Below the pieces are notes generated by a model. It was not told the DNA's origin. It worked only from the letters and a program-made list of their open reading frames with translations, and ran no database searches. A stretch of DNA of 64,000 nt from the human T2T-CHM13v2.0 reference genome, Homo sapiens. The stretch lies in the NCBI RefSeq assembly GCF_009914755.1, contig NC_060928.1; one strand, written 5' to 3'. The position numbers were made by a program, and so were the translations under genes. The stretch's first letter is position 1. The number at the start of each line of letters is the position of its first letter. This document shows positions 39,307 through 57,482 of this stretch, in pieces.

Positions 39307-39914
39307 TGTTGGTAGAAGAGCTGAGGCAGGACTGGCTTGTCTGTCATAATATAAAAGAGTCTTAGAAGATGTGCGGGATCCAGGGTCTAAAACCCCTCGT
39401 GGACTTTGGAACACTAAGCTCTGTGCCAAAGTGTGGAAGGCTGCCCTGCCACACCACAATCTAAGCCTAGGGTGTAAAACCCCTTATGGCTTGGACGGAA
39501 TCCAGGGCTCAGGGCATAAAACCCCTCATAGCCTCTGGAATGTGCACAGACTTGTTGGTTGCTCCCCCACGCTCATGAACATGCTCTCTATTATCTCAAG
39601 CAGCAGAGCATGTTCTATATGCGTCAAAGAAAATGCTAAACCATCACAGCCACGCTTGATGCACCACTACTTTTCTACCCCCATGTCCTCACATCCTCAC
39701 CTATTTACCCCCCTGTCCTCATGTCCTCACCACCTGCTTCTTTGTTTGATCACCAATAAATAGTGTGGGCTCCCAGAGCTTGGGGCCTTTGCAGCCTCCA
39801 ATCTAGCGTAGGTCCCGTGGACCCACTTTATGCACTCTTGTCTTTTCTCATTCCTTTGACCCCGCCGGACTTTCTAGCCCCCACGGCCTGGCATTGACCC
39901 TGATCGCTCCAACA
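39307..39914 (+). mobile_element. Solo LTR, LTR22 family (HERV-K HML-5)
   Basis: TGTTGG...CCAACA inverted termini; AATAAA near 39755; TSD TTTTC at 39302-39306 and 39915-39919; gtgtgggctcccagagct...gcccccacggcctgg matches the remembered LTR22 R/U5. Confidence 0.8.
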
Positions 39915-40510
39915 TTTTCCATGCTAAGTTCAATTAACTTTCTTTTCCTTTCAATAATTTTTTAAAATATTCTCACATTTTTGTTTCTGTATATTTATTT
40001 CAATTTAGCTTGTTGTCTTATGGTTTTCTTTCTGATTCTTTGTGTGTGCTAGGGAGTTTATTTTCATCAACTGAAGTGTAATAAATATTACCTTCTGAAT
40101 TTTGTCATAATATTTTTCATTTCTGTTGCCTTGGTTTTGCTCTATGGTGACTTATACGTTGCCTTGATAGGTGGTGCTCTATTACACTGAAATGTATTTA
40201 ATAACTATTTCCTGATAAGGTGGATATGTGTGGGTTGGTGGGTGAGGTATTTTTTGGCCTTTTAGGATGCTAATTATTATTGTCAAATTATTTTTCCTTT
40301 GCTATCCAGTTGTTAAGGGAAACTGCCCCCTTCTTTTCTGCCTTTCCTTAACAGATGCCATGCTTTTCAGATTGCTACAGTAAACTTTCTGAGAACCTTT
40401 CCTGTGGTTAGTGCTCTGATATGCCAGGATGTGTTTTCAGTATTTGTAAACTTTTGTTTACAAAAATATCTTCTTTTTCTAGCAGTGCTTAAGGTAAAAT
40501 TTATACCTAT

Positions 40511-40845
<335 letters not shown>

Positions 40846-40930
40846 TTACCTCCTTCCCTCTTCTCTGCAGTTTTTTTGAAATGCCCCAGTCTTCAGTAAA
40901 GCATGAGATATTACTCCTAAGAGTTGATGG

Positions 40931-40980
40931 CCTGCCTTCCTTCCCTCCTTCCTTCTTTCCCTCCTTCCTTCCTTCCTTTC
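40931..40980. repeat. (CCTT)n simple repeat
   Basis: Read directly from sequence. Confidence 0.9.
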
Positions 40981-41262
40981 ACTACAATTTTTTTCACTAT
41001 ATGGTCATCTATCATTTTTGATAATAATTTTAATGAGTATCCACAGTTTTCTAAATTGCAAGTTATTTTCTCTCTACATTTTAAGATACCATCAAATGTG
41101 CTCTGGATTTAATTATTTCTATTGAGACCAGAGTTACCAGTCATACTATTATTATGAAGAAAGTATTTTCTTTACCAGAGTTTAAAATTTATCTTTGTCT
41201 TTGTTTTCAACAATTTTAGCATGATGTGTATATTTGGTTTAAATATTCTGGCTTGGTACTAC

Positions 41263-41561
<299 letters not shown>

Positions 41562-44325
41562 AGTATTACTATTTTTTACATTTATGACTTTGTTATATTG
41601 GAAAATTTCTCAGCTATACATTTTCAAATATTACCTCTTCCCCGTTCTCTTTCTCCTCTTTTCTGGGCTTCCATTTACATATTTGACACCTTCACACTTA
41701 CCTCTTGTATCTCTTACTCTTCCTTCTATTTTTTCTGTTACTTTATGTCTATGCTTCACCTGGAATTTTTTTTCTGACTCATCTTTTAGTTCACAAATTT
41801 TCTATTCAACTGTGTTTAGTTGTATTAAAAATATCTATTGCATTCTTTATTTACATTATTGTACATAATATGTAGAATTTCCGTGTGGTTTATTTTTTCT
41901 TTTAAGTCTGTGACTAAATTTCTCAATCTTAAATATATGTAAGATAATTATTTTAATCTTTGTTTATGATAAGTTCATGATATGAGCATCTATCTGTTTT
42001 TACTTTTTTTCTATTTCTTACTTTATTTTCACTGATAGCACCTTGTCTCATTGTCTTTCTGTATACTTTTTAATTAAATGCTGTATATTATATATATGTA
42101 TATATATAAAATAAAAAAATTGAGTGAGAAGAAATATGGTATTATCTCTTTCATAGATAATTTGTGTTTGGTTTTTGACAGGAAGCTTTGGGCACTCGCT
42201 CTTCATGCCTCTCCTCCTTCCCTTTGTGTTCAACATTTTGGTGAATTACTAGAAGATGGTGGTTTCAGCCCAAAGGAAGCCAAAATTATCTTAATTCAAA
42301 TTCATGACTTGAAATTATTCCAAATTAAGATTTAGTCCCTGAAGTGGCCATTTTCTTCCAGTTCAGCTTTGCTCTTAAGTTTCAACTCTTTTGTTCCAAC
42401 ATATAGTTTGTATTACTTTGCTGCCTAACCATAGTCTCCGGCTTTAAATATTAGTCTCCTAGTTTTCTAAGTCAATCAAATTTAGGCTACCAAACATTTC
42501 AGATACCATTTTGAGAATACATCTTGTTATTTCTTGTTATTTCTCCAACACCTTCAAACAAATTTTAAATATTGCTTGGCTTTCTTATTTTTTTAGCAGA
42601 AACTCTGTTCTGAATTATCTGGATGCCATATGCTTCTTCAAATTCTTCCTCTATAATCACTCTAATAAATTTTAATAACTGCAATGAAAACCAGACTACC
42701 TGCTATTATTTAACCTTTCTTTAGAATACAGAACTTGTGTGAGAAAAATGTTAAATGACAGCAGCCCTAGGTGCTGTCATTCTAAAAATATTTGTCATTT
42801 GTTCACTATAAAAACATTTATTGTTTGCTGATATGTGCAAGGAAATGTGAAGAGGATTGAATGTGCACTTTCGGAATAAACAGACATTATGTTCTTGTAC
42901 CCAAGGAATTTATATTCTTGTGGGAGATATAAGCAGAACATCTATAATAAAATATAATAAGTGCAAAGATAAAAGACTTTGACTTGCATATAAAAAAGGC
43001 TGCTAACCAAGACTTAGAGGAATGTGGTGAGAGGAGGAAATTTTCTTTGATAAAACTTTCTTCTCATTTATGTACCCCTGAAACAAATCCCAATACCAAA
43101 GTAATCCATGGCATAGAATCTTCTATTATATAATTGAATTAAATATTATCAATCACACCTATTTTCTTTCTCCTGCACTAATTTTTTTGCAGCAGCTGCT
43201 GTTTTTACTAATATTCATTCATTATCGAGTTACAGGAGTCCCAACCTTTTGCTTTCCATTTGGATATAAATAACCAACACTGATATTCTTTTCCATATTC
43301 ATTATGAATATGGGTTCATATTTGAATGGATAAAATGTAATATGTTTATTTTATTAAACTCTTTTTGAATGGACAAAAATCAGCTAAGATTTTTACTAGA
43401 CTACTGCCATTGTTTAATTCATAGCTTTGCTAATTAAATTATCATAAATGGAAATGAATTATATTTTTAGATGAAACATCTTATTATAACCATCTATATT
43501 TCTATCACAGAATCTCTTAGACTAAAACAATACATCACCATGGCAACTCAACTTTCACAAAGTTTAACTGCAGCCAGAAAAAAAATATTTTTAAGTCAAC
43601 CCCATTATATAGCATCTAACTAAACAAAAGTCTGCCTTCAAAGTAAAGTACTTTTGATTAGGAGCCATGATTTCTAAAATGATTTGAGTTATAGCAAAAG
43701 GTTCACATTTCTCTATACATTAGAAATGAGGTATTTAAAAATGATATTGGCCTGCTTCTCACTTTTTAGTGTATTTTGAATGCCATGAGATTGAGATTGG
43801 CCTAGTATCTTTATTTTTTTTTTTGTAGTTCAGTGCTTTTAGAACATTTTTACATTTCTTTCAGTAAAAATCTGAATTTAGTTTTTTTCTAAATAATATG
43901 TTTAAAATTAAAACAGTTCAGTTTGATTAAAATATGAAAAGTAGGAACTATTTTGTGTGTTTATGAATGTAAAACAGGCACTGAAATTTGAAGTGATGTA
44001 TTATTTAACAAATGGAGTTCACAATGCTGAGGCTGCTTATTTGTATCTTAGTATTCTAAACTACTATTGGGCCAGGCATTACAATATAACTGTAAATATT
44101 TATTAATAGTAAAACACTTCATTAAACATCTTTCCTCCTACAGCTGTATCTTGTCAACTAAACTGATGACACAAAATGTGTAATTTAAATTAACTTTTAC
44201 ATTCTTAAACAATGTACATTATTTTATAATTGAAATAATATTAAATCTTATAATACAGTCATTCCTTACCACGACTTTCCCTTCCCTCCCTGTCTCCCTC
44301 TCAACTATTAATGCTTTTATTTGAA

Positions 44326-44626
44326 CTTTTTTTTCAACTCTTATTTTAGATGCAGGGGTTTCATCTTCAGATTTGTTACATAGTAATATTGCATGATGCT
44401 GAGGTTTGGAGCATGGATCCCATCACCTGGGTAGTGAGCATAGTACCTGTTAGGTAGCTTTTTAACCCACTCCTCCCACCATCTAGTCCACAGTGTCGTT
44501 TGTTCCCATATTTATGTTCATGTGTGTTCAATGTTTAGTTGCCACTTATAAGTGAGAACATGAGGTATTTGGTTTTCTGTTCCTACATTAATTTGCTTAG
44601 GATTATGGCCTTCAGCTTCATCCATA
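44326..44626 (-). mobile_element. Old L1PA (about PA13-16) 3' fragment
   Basis: ttattttagatgcagggg...tgctgaggtttgg...ccacttataagtgagaacatgaggtatttggttttctgttcct. Confidence 0.85.
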
Positions 44627-45146
44627 TATTTTTCTTAAAAAATGTATACACTGGTATTCTCTGATTAACCCATTTCATACATTATCTACTGACTTCCTAT
44701 ATTAATGAAGAATATTTTAGGTCTCTGCTCTTTAGTTCACCTTGCTGCACACCACGACTCTTCTTCCAAAAGAGTCATAGTACATTTTGAGGCTAAATCT
44801 GCATTTAGCGATTACACTATTATGTTTATTAAAATACTCACAACTGAACATTGAAGTGTAATATGAGCACGTTCCATGTCTTCTTTGTTCTTCCTTGAGT
44901 TAATGCTTGTCTTTTGTCTGCATTATTTGTAAGTTCTTTGAAATTTTTTTCTATTTATCTCACACTTTCCGATTAGATCTCAGTATGTGTTTTCACAAGG
45001 GCTGTTATATAATGTACTCAATCAGTTGTCTTTTTATCACCCTTAGAGATAACAGGACTTGAGATCTCCATTATTCTCTGTAGACTGGTTAGCATCTAGG
45101 ACTTCTTTTTAATCTCAGGAATTACATTTGTTTTTCCCTGAGTAGG

Positions 45147-46916
45147 GCCATAAGAAGCAATTCCTCATCCATTCAAATTGTATCCTGAGATTTCAGCAAT
45201 TCAGTCACACCTTCAGGCTCCACTTCTAACTCTATTTATCTTGTAATTTTCACCACATTTTCAGTTATTTCCTCCACTAAAATCTCGACCCCTTCAAAGT
45301 CATCCATTAGGGTTGGAATCACCTTCCTCCAAACTCCCTTAACATTGATGTTTTGACCTCCTCCCATTAATCACAAATGTTTTTAATGGCATCTTCCAGA
45401 AGATTTTCAACTTACTTTGCCTTGATCCATCACAGGAATAACTGTATATGTGAGCTAGAACCTTAAAACTTTAAACTCAAAATTACTCCTTAATCCATGG
45501 GTGGCAGAATGGACACTGTATTAGCAGGTGTGAAAACAACATTAATCTCCTTTTACATCTCCAGTATAACTGTTAGGTGAAAAGGTGCAATGTCCATGAG
45601 CAGTAATATTTTGAAAGGAGTCTTTTTTTTTTTTTCCTGAGGAGTAGATTTCAACAGTGGGCTTAAAATATTCAGTAAACTGTGCTGTAAACAGATGTGC
45701 TGTTATCAAGGCATTGTTGTTTCATCTTTAGAACATGGAAAGACTAGATTTAGCATAATTCTTAAGGATCTTCAGATTTTTGAAATGGTAAAAGAGCATT
45801 GGCTTCATCTTGAAGTCAACAGCTGCATTAGCCCCTAACACAAAGAAGAGTCAATCTGTCCTTTAAAGCTGTGAAGCCAGACATAGATTTTTCCTTTCTA
45901 GCTACGAAAGTCCTATATGGCATCTTCTTTCAATGTAAGGCTGTTATGTCTACTCTAAATATGTGTTGTTTAGTGTAGCCACCTTCATCAATTATCTTAG
46001 CTAGATCTTCTGGATGATTTGCTGCAGCTTCTGTATCAGCACTTTCGGCTTCACCTCGCACTTTTATGTTAAAGGAGACGGCATATTTTCTTAAACTTCA
46101 TGAACCCGTCTCTGTTAGCTTCCAACTTTTCTTCTGTAGCTTCCTCATTTCTCTCAGCCTTTGTAGAATTAAAGAGAGTTAAAACCATGCTCTGAATAGT
46201 GTTTAACATTCGCATGTGGGAATGTTGTGTCTGGTTTGATCTATCCAGACCATTCAAACTTTCACCATATTAGGAATAAGGCTGTTTTGTTTTCTCATCA
46301 TTCGTATGTTCACTAAAGTAACACTCTTAATTTCCTTCAAGAACGTTTCCTTTGCATTCACAACTTGGTTAATTATTTGACACAAGAGACTTTGACCTCT
46401 CTCAGCTTCTGACACACCTTTCTCACTAAGCTTAACTATTTCTAGCTTTTGATTTAAAGTAAGAGATATCCAACTATGCTATTCTCTTGAATACTTACAG
46501 GTGGCTACAGGGTTGTTAATTGGTCTAATTTCAATCTTAGTGTGTCTCAAGGAATAAGGAGGCCCTGATAGAGGAAGAAGTCTGGGGAACAGCCAGTTGG
46601 TGAAGCAATCAGAACACACACAACTTTTATCAATAAAGTCTGCTATCTTACATGAAGTAAGTGGTGCTCCTAAACAATTACAATAATAATACCGAAGATG
46701 TCTGTCACCATAACAGATATGATAATAAAAAAGTGTGAAATATTGCAAGAATTATCAAACCGTGACTCAGAGATGTGAAGTGGGCACATGCTGTTGGAAA
46801 AATGGCACCAATTTCTCCAACAGCTGGATGCAATGTTGCTGCAAACCTTCAATTTGTAAAAGCATCATATCTGTGAAGCACAATAAAGCAAAGCACAGGA
46901 AAATGAGGTATGCCTG
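45147..46916 (-). mobile_element. Tigger1 DNA transposon, one end missing
   Basis: Terminal aaaatgaggtatgcctg+TA is the reverse complement of the Tigger1 TIR CAGGCATACCTC; transposase remnant [29 protein letters not shown] at 46069-46257. Confidence 0.9.
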
Positions 46917-49785
46917 TATAGTCTTTCATGTCTCTGGAGCACAATTACCAGAAACTTTCTAGGAAAGGATGAAAATAGTTATACTTTTGAGACATTGCAG
47001 TTCTGAATGTGTGCCTGCATTGATCCTTTTGTTTATCCAAGGGATTAAAGGACTGTCAACACTAGCATTGGTGACAGTACTCCAAGGTAGTATACATATT
47101 ATTGCCAAAAGCACTTCTGCACTGTTTTTTTCCCTTTTTCTGGAATATTTTTTATTACAGAAAGGCATGCTTTGCTCCATTACCTTCTTCATATTCTCAA
47201 TCATAAGTAACCTCAATTAGGTAACACCCACTGGCCACACTACGGAAGATCTTAACCACAACCACTCAACTCTCTCTATTCTAATTATCTGGTTTTATTT
47301 TTCACCCAAATATTGAAAACCATGAAATATGCAGTATATGTTAATTATTTATCTTTCTTATCATTTTTTTAACTTTTCTAAATGGTAAGTTCCTGGAAGG
47401 CAGAGTTTTATTTTATGTTTATTTCCACTGCTACACCTCTACTGTTCAGAAGAGTCCTTAGTAGAGATGAGGTGCCCAATATATTGTATTTATTGAAGGA
47501 TACACCAGATGAGTGAACAAATAATTGAAGTTTGTTTTCATTGTCTGTGCTGGATATTTGTCCTTGGTACTGGCAAGTTTTCTAGAATGATTCAGTCAAT
47601 TGTTTGCTCCCTTATATCTCTGTTCTTTATTTGAACCTCCTCTCAGGTCCTTTATTGTTCTTACTCTTTATCTCCCATTACTTTTTAAGCCTTTTAAAGA
47701 AATCTCTTTCTAGATTATTTTCTCAACTCTACCTTTCTTCTACTGACTTTTTCATTTCTGCTTACAAATTTTTGTTTCTCTGAATACTCCTTTAAAAATT
47801 TTTTCTTACTTCAAGGGCAAAGTAAATTGTCTCATCTCTATGAGATTAATAATAAACTTGTTGATATTTTATTCTCCTCTATCTTTATTTCATCTAATAT
47901 GCCTTTATTCATTATATTTATTTTAGTATTTGGATGTCTGCCAGTGCTTAAGAAAGGGAAAGAAGTTGCTGACTGCAATCTTCTGGGCACCTAATTGAGT
48001 ATGTCAACTTGGAATTTTCCTATAAAGTTTGTTGGGGAACTCTGATGGTGGCATCTTTAGGTCTTTTGAGCCAGTGAGTTTCTTCAGAGGGCACTCTGCC
48101 AATCTCCTGCTGGGGAAGCCAGAAATCTGAGAGGTAAGTGAGGAAAGATGTCTGAAAGTCTTAGCATTCAACAGAGGTAGGCCTAATTATTTTCATAGAG
48201 CACTCATGCCCTCAAATATTATTAGTGTCTCCCAGTCTGGAGACTCTCTGTATATGTGGCCCCTTACAGAGAATAAACCTCCCTTCCACTGGGGTGCTAA
48301 TATATCTAGATATTTAACTACTTCTGAGACATCTTTCAACTTGCTTCCCCTTATTTTAGCATGCCTTCACTGATGGTTCCTGAACCTTTTGAGGCTTCTG
48401 AGTTGATAGATCATGTAACTCTTGGCTTTCTTGACTCCTAGCTAAAGATTTGACTTTCAGGGGCTTAGTAAATTAGTATTACAAGTGTATCTGCTTCCTA
48501 GCTTTCAAAATTTGATTGTTATTGTATTCCTTTTCACCATCTTTGTGACTTTTTTATAATCCTTTTTAGGGCTGGAGAGGGAGAAAAATTAGATGTAGGT
48601 GTTAAGTATATCATCTTTATCTAGAAGCTACCTATGTTTGCCTACCTAAGGTAGTTTAGATTAAACTACCATAATTGTGTCCTGCTCAGAAAAGTAAATT
48701 CTGGATATTGAATAATGAATATTTTGAATGATAATACATGCTGCAATATCAAATAGAGTACTATTTAGCACACAAATATACAATAGCTTGTTGGTTCTTC
48801 AGTTCAAAACTGTTAAATAAATAAAATAAGTAATACCGTAATTCCTGTTTGAAAGCATAGGGAACTGAAATCCAATAGCACTAACTAACAGGGTCATGGT
48901 AATCAGTTAGGCACCAAAGTCTATGATAGCTTTCATCATTTCAAATATAATACCTTTTTTAAACCATGTTGTGTAACTGAAATATTTTATCTTTCTTTTA
49001 TTCTCAGGAGACCTTTTGGAATAAATATATTTTCATCACATAAAAGTATTGTCTAGAATAATATTGCTTTGTACACAATATTATTCAGCAATTAAATATA
49101 TAGATTTTTATCCATTACTGTCTCTGTAGAGAAAGTCCCTGCTGCAGAACGTTAAGAACTCTCATGCACAATATTTATTTTTCTTAATAAAAAGTGTGTG
49201 GCTGCATAAAATTTTAATCTTTAGAGATTTTTGAATTAATGGCATATAGTGATAGATATTAAAAATTATGGTCATGAACTCTGAAGGTTCTTGTAGAGAT
49301 ATGTGTCCAGCGTTCAATATCATTTTGTCAAAGAAACTAATTCAGTGGAGTACAGAAAAATATCAGTATGTTAGGTTGTATTTTATTTTGTTTTTGCAAA
49401 CCCTTCTATTATAATACATCATACTATTCTGTCGCCAGATCTATGTGTTTATGTGTGTATGTTTTGAAGTTCAACCTTAGTAATCTCTCATATTCTCATA
49501 AGGATATAATTTGGAAGAGTATTTTAATAAAGATCTTGCTGTGCCATCTGTCTGTGTCTGACTAGGTTATTTAATTTCTAGTCCTTTATATAAGATTAGA
49601 TTTCTGATGAAGGATATTATGTGAATGAATCATAAAACAATAATCAGAGAGTCTAGATTTTGAACTCCTGCATGAACAAGGGTGGGAGGAGTTGGTGGTG
49701 ATGATCATAAAGACTGTGGCATATTTTTCCAACAAACTATAATGTGCCATAAAGAGGATAATCAAATTTTAAAACTTTGATATAA

Positions 49786-49930
49786 GGCAAGGCACAGTGG
49801 CTCACACCTGTAATTTCAGCACTCAGGGCGGCAGAGGCAGGAAGATAACTTGAGCCTAGGAGTTCAAGACCTGCCTTGGCAATATAGGGAGACACTATTC
49901 TTCACAAAATGAAAAAATAAAAGACAAAAA
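49786..49930 (+). pseudogene. BC200 (BCYRN1) RNA retropseudogene
   Basis: Alu left monomer with BC200-diagnostic ctcaggg, gata.cttgagcc, gacctgcc, ggcaatatag, ttcttcacaaaa and A-rich tail aaaagacaaaaa. Confidence 0.8.
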
Positions 49931-51216
49931 TATTCCCTTGAGATATATATATATATAAAATATATACTAAAATATATATATATATATTTTAGTATAAAGG
50001 TAATTCTGATGTTTAGACAAAATGAAGTGATAGTTTAAGTATGGTATATCAAAAAATACAATCAATAATATGCCAAAGCATTAGCAATAACTAATAGCAC
50101 AAGAGAAAACAAAGAATATTTATAAAAGCATTGAAATAAGTGATCAGTATAGGAATAACCCAATATATGTGCTGGACCATTGTAGAGAGCACTGTTAAAT
50201 AACACTATTTGGTTAAAAGAGTAAGACCTAGAAATGAAACTATATACAATATTCACTAATTACTATACAAACTTTCAAAAAAGAAATTTTTGATAATTTT
50301 TAGGAAAATTTATTAATTGACAAAGTTGATAAACTGACCAGAATAGAAGACATAGAGCCAAATATTGTTTATGTTGGAAGTTTTTTAGAGGATAAAAATA
50401 TTTTAAGTACTCACAGGAAACACAATGTATTTATCACTTAATGCATTCTTCTTCAAAAATAGGCTTTCCATATAGAGAACAAGTGAAAATAGATTCTTAC
50501 GCATTCTCTTTACAACAACCAATTCTTTGTGAATTGAATCAAAATATATTGAAAACTTTAAAACTATTGATAATAGTAAAGCAGTACATATATGTGACTT
50601 GTTATTTATTGAAAAAAGCACTGACAATAAAGGAAAAAGAATATATGTGCATACACATCTATGTAAAATTTCTTAAAATAAAATATTATCTACAAAAGAC
50701 AAAAAAGCCTAAAGGCCTGCCTGCATCTGTAGGCTCCAACTCTGTGGGCAGGGCACAGACAAACAAAAGACAGCAATAACCTCTGCAGACTTAAATGTCC
50801 CTGTCTGACAGCTTTGAAGAGAGTAGAGTTTCTCCCAACATGCAGCTTGAGATCTAAGAACGGGCAGACTGCCTCCTCAAGTGGGTACCTGACTCCCGAG
50901 TAGCCTAACTGGGAGGCACCCCCCAGTAGGGGCGGACTGACACCTCACATGGCCGGGTACTCCTCTGAGACAAAACTTCCAGAGGAATAATCAGGCAGCA
51001 GCATTTGCAGCTCACAAATATCCGCTGTTCTGCACCCACCACTGCTGATACCCAGGCAAACAGGGTCTGGAGTGGACCTCCAGTAAACTCCAACAGACCT
51101 GCAGCTGAGGGTCTTGACTGTTAGAAGGAAAACTAACAAACAGAAAGGGCATCCACACCAAAAACCCATCTGTATGTCACCATCATCAAAGACCAAAGGT
51201 AGATAAAACCACAAAG

Positions 51217-52233
51217 ATGGGGAAAAAACAGAGCAGAAAAACCGGAAACTCTAAAAATCAGAGTGCTTCTCCTCCTCCAAAGGAATGCAGCTCCTCACCA
51301 GCAATGGAACAAAGCTGGACGGAGAATGACTTTGATGAGTTGAGAGAGGAAGGCTTCAGAAGATCAAACTACTCCAAGCTAAAGGAGGAAGTTCGAACCA
51401 ATAACAAAGAAGTTAAAAACTCTGAAAAAAAATTAGATGAATGGATAACTACAATAACCAATGCAGAGAAGTCCTTAAAGGACCTGATGGAGCTAAAAAC
51501 CATGGCACGAGAACTACGTGACAAATGCACAAGCCTCAGTAACCAATGTGATCAACTGGAAGAAAGGGTATCAGGGATGGAAGATGAAATGAATGAAATG
51601 AAGCGTGAAGAGAAGTTTAGAGAAAAAAGTATAAAAAGAAGCAAACAAAGCCTCCAAGAAATATGGGACTACATGAAAAGACCAAATCTATGTCTAATTG
51701 GTGTACCTGAAAGTGACGGGGAGAATGGAACCAAGTTGGAAAACACTCTGCAGGATATTATCCAGGAGAACTTCCCCAATCTAGCAAGGCAGGCCAACAT
51801 TCAAATTCAGGAAATACAGAGAACGCCGCAAAGATACTCCTCGAGAAGAGCAACTCCAAGACACATAATTGTCAGATTCACCAAAGATGAAATGAAGGAA
51901 AAAATGTTCAGGGTAGCCAAAGAGAAAGGTCGGGTTACCCACAAAGGGAAGCCCATCAGACTAACAGCAGATCTCGTGGCAGAAACTCTACAAGCCAGAG
52001 GAGAGTGGAGACCAATATTCAACATTCTTAAAGAAAAGAATTTTCAACCCAGAATTTCATATCCAGCCAAACTAAGCTTCATAAGTGAAGGACAAATAAA
52101 ATACTTTACAGACAAGCAAATACTGAGAGATTTTGTCACCACCAGGCCTGCCCTAAAAGAGCTCCTGAAGGAAGCACTAAACATGGAAAGGAACAACCAG
52201 TACCAGCCACTGCAAAAACATGCCAAATTGTAA
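51217..52233 (+). CDS. LINE-1 ORF1p (RNA-binding chaperone), open 338-aa frame
   Basis: MGKKQ...QPLQKHAKL; canonical length; YPAKLS retained; REKG appears as KEKG and ARR as ARG. Confidence 0.93.
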   Translation: MGKKQSRKTGNSKNQSASPPPKECSSSPAMEQSWTENDFDELREEGFRRSNYSKLKEEVRTNNKEVKNSEKKLDEWITTITNAEKSLKDLMELKTMARELRDKCTSLSNQCDQLEERVSGMEDEMNEMKREEKFREKSIKRSKQSLQEIWDYMKRPNLCLIGVPESDGENGTKLENTLQDIIQENFPNLARQANIQIQEIQRTPQRYSSRRATPRHIIVRFTKDEMKEKMFRVAKEKGRVTHKGKPIRLTADLVAETLQARGEWRPIFNILKEKNFQPRISYPAKLSFISEGQIKYFTDKQILRDFVTTRPALKELLKEALNMERNNQYQPLQKHAKL

Positions 52234-52296
52234 AGACCATCAAGGCTAGGAAGAAACTGCATCAACTAACGAGCAAAATAAGCAGCTAACATCATA

Positions 52297-56117
<3,821 letters not shown>

Positions 56118-57482
56118 ACAATGAGAACACGTGGACACGGGGTGGGGAACATCACACACTGGGGCCTGTTGTGGGGTGGGGGGAGAGGAGAGGGATAGCA
56201 TTAGGAGATATAACTAATGCTAAATGACGAGTTAATGGGTGCAGCACACCAACATGGCACATTTATAAATATGTAACAAACCTGCACATTGTGCACATGT
56301 ACCCTAAAACTTAAAGTATAATAATAAGTAAAAAAAAAGAAAAAAAGAAAAAAGAAGCCTCCCTAAAATCAAAGTTAAAAATAATAATAGCAGAATGGGG
56401 AAAATTATGATGCACATAACTGAAAAAGGATTCGTTTCTAGATTATATTCAGGTATTTAAAACCTAAAATAAATTTTTAAAAATCCAGATAAGCCAGTAA
56501 AAAAAAGTGGAATAGTTATCTGAAAAAGATTTACAGACTTTAATTCTGAATGATCACTGTACATATTAAAAGGTGAAAAACATACATAATTCTGTTCATA
56601 ATCAAGAAATTAAAAAGTGTACAGTGGGCTGCCACACCCACTAGAGTGGCCAAAAATAGTGAAGTCTGGTAACACTAATTATGGGTAGGAATGTAGGTTG
56701 GCTCTGCCACATTGCGGTACAACTAAATAATGTCTAGTAAAGTGAAAAATACCGGTAAGCCACAGTTTAAAATTGTCATTTAGCTATTTATCTATAAAAT
56801 AATATTTCAAATGTTTTGTAAAAAATAAGATCTTGAAAAACATTAGAGGTAACATTTTGTGTAACAGCCAAACAGAAAATTAAATGTTCTCAAATACCAT
56901 GTAGCGAATAAGTAAATTATGCATTATTCACATCACAGCATATTGAATAGAAGTTTAAATGAATGAATCATCACATCTATATTGGCACTCACTGCTCTCA
57001 AAATCATACCTGCAAATTTCACAATAATGAGATAATAAATTGATGTAAAGTTTAATACATAAGTGCAACCATGTTTGATATTAATTATCATTACTCAATT
57101 ATAAACTAAAATTGTAACAATATGCATGAGAATTTAGAAAACAAATTAATCATAGTGGCTATCTCTGTGAGAAAGAAAGGTAAATGAAAATAGGCAGGCA
57201 TAAAAAAGTGAGCAATATTTCATATATATTTAAAGGAACGAAGTTAATATATAATTCATTTTAAAAAATAATACTGACATTATTTTTTAATGTTGGACAT
57301 GTGCATACCCCATGATACAGTATTCCATCACTTAAGTATGCACTGCAGATAGATGTATACACATATACCTCAGGAGATGTGTACACAATGTTTATATCAT
57401 CTCTGTTCATAATATCAAAAAATCAGAAATCATCCAAATGCCAACTTGAAAGAGAATGAATATATATATATATATATATATA

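Noticed and set aside
50905-51214. Antisense ORFs as L1 ORF0
   Set aside because: ORF0 (MAGAPPP...) starts in the part of the 5'UTR that is missing; these are other antisense frames common to L1PA elements
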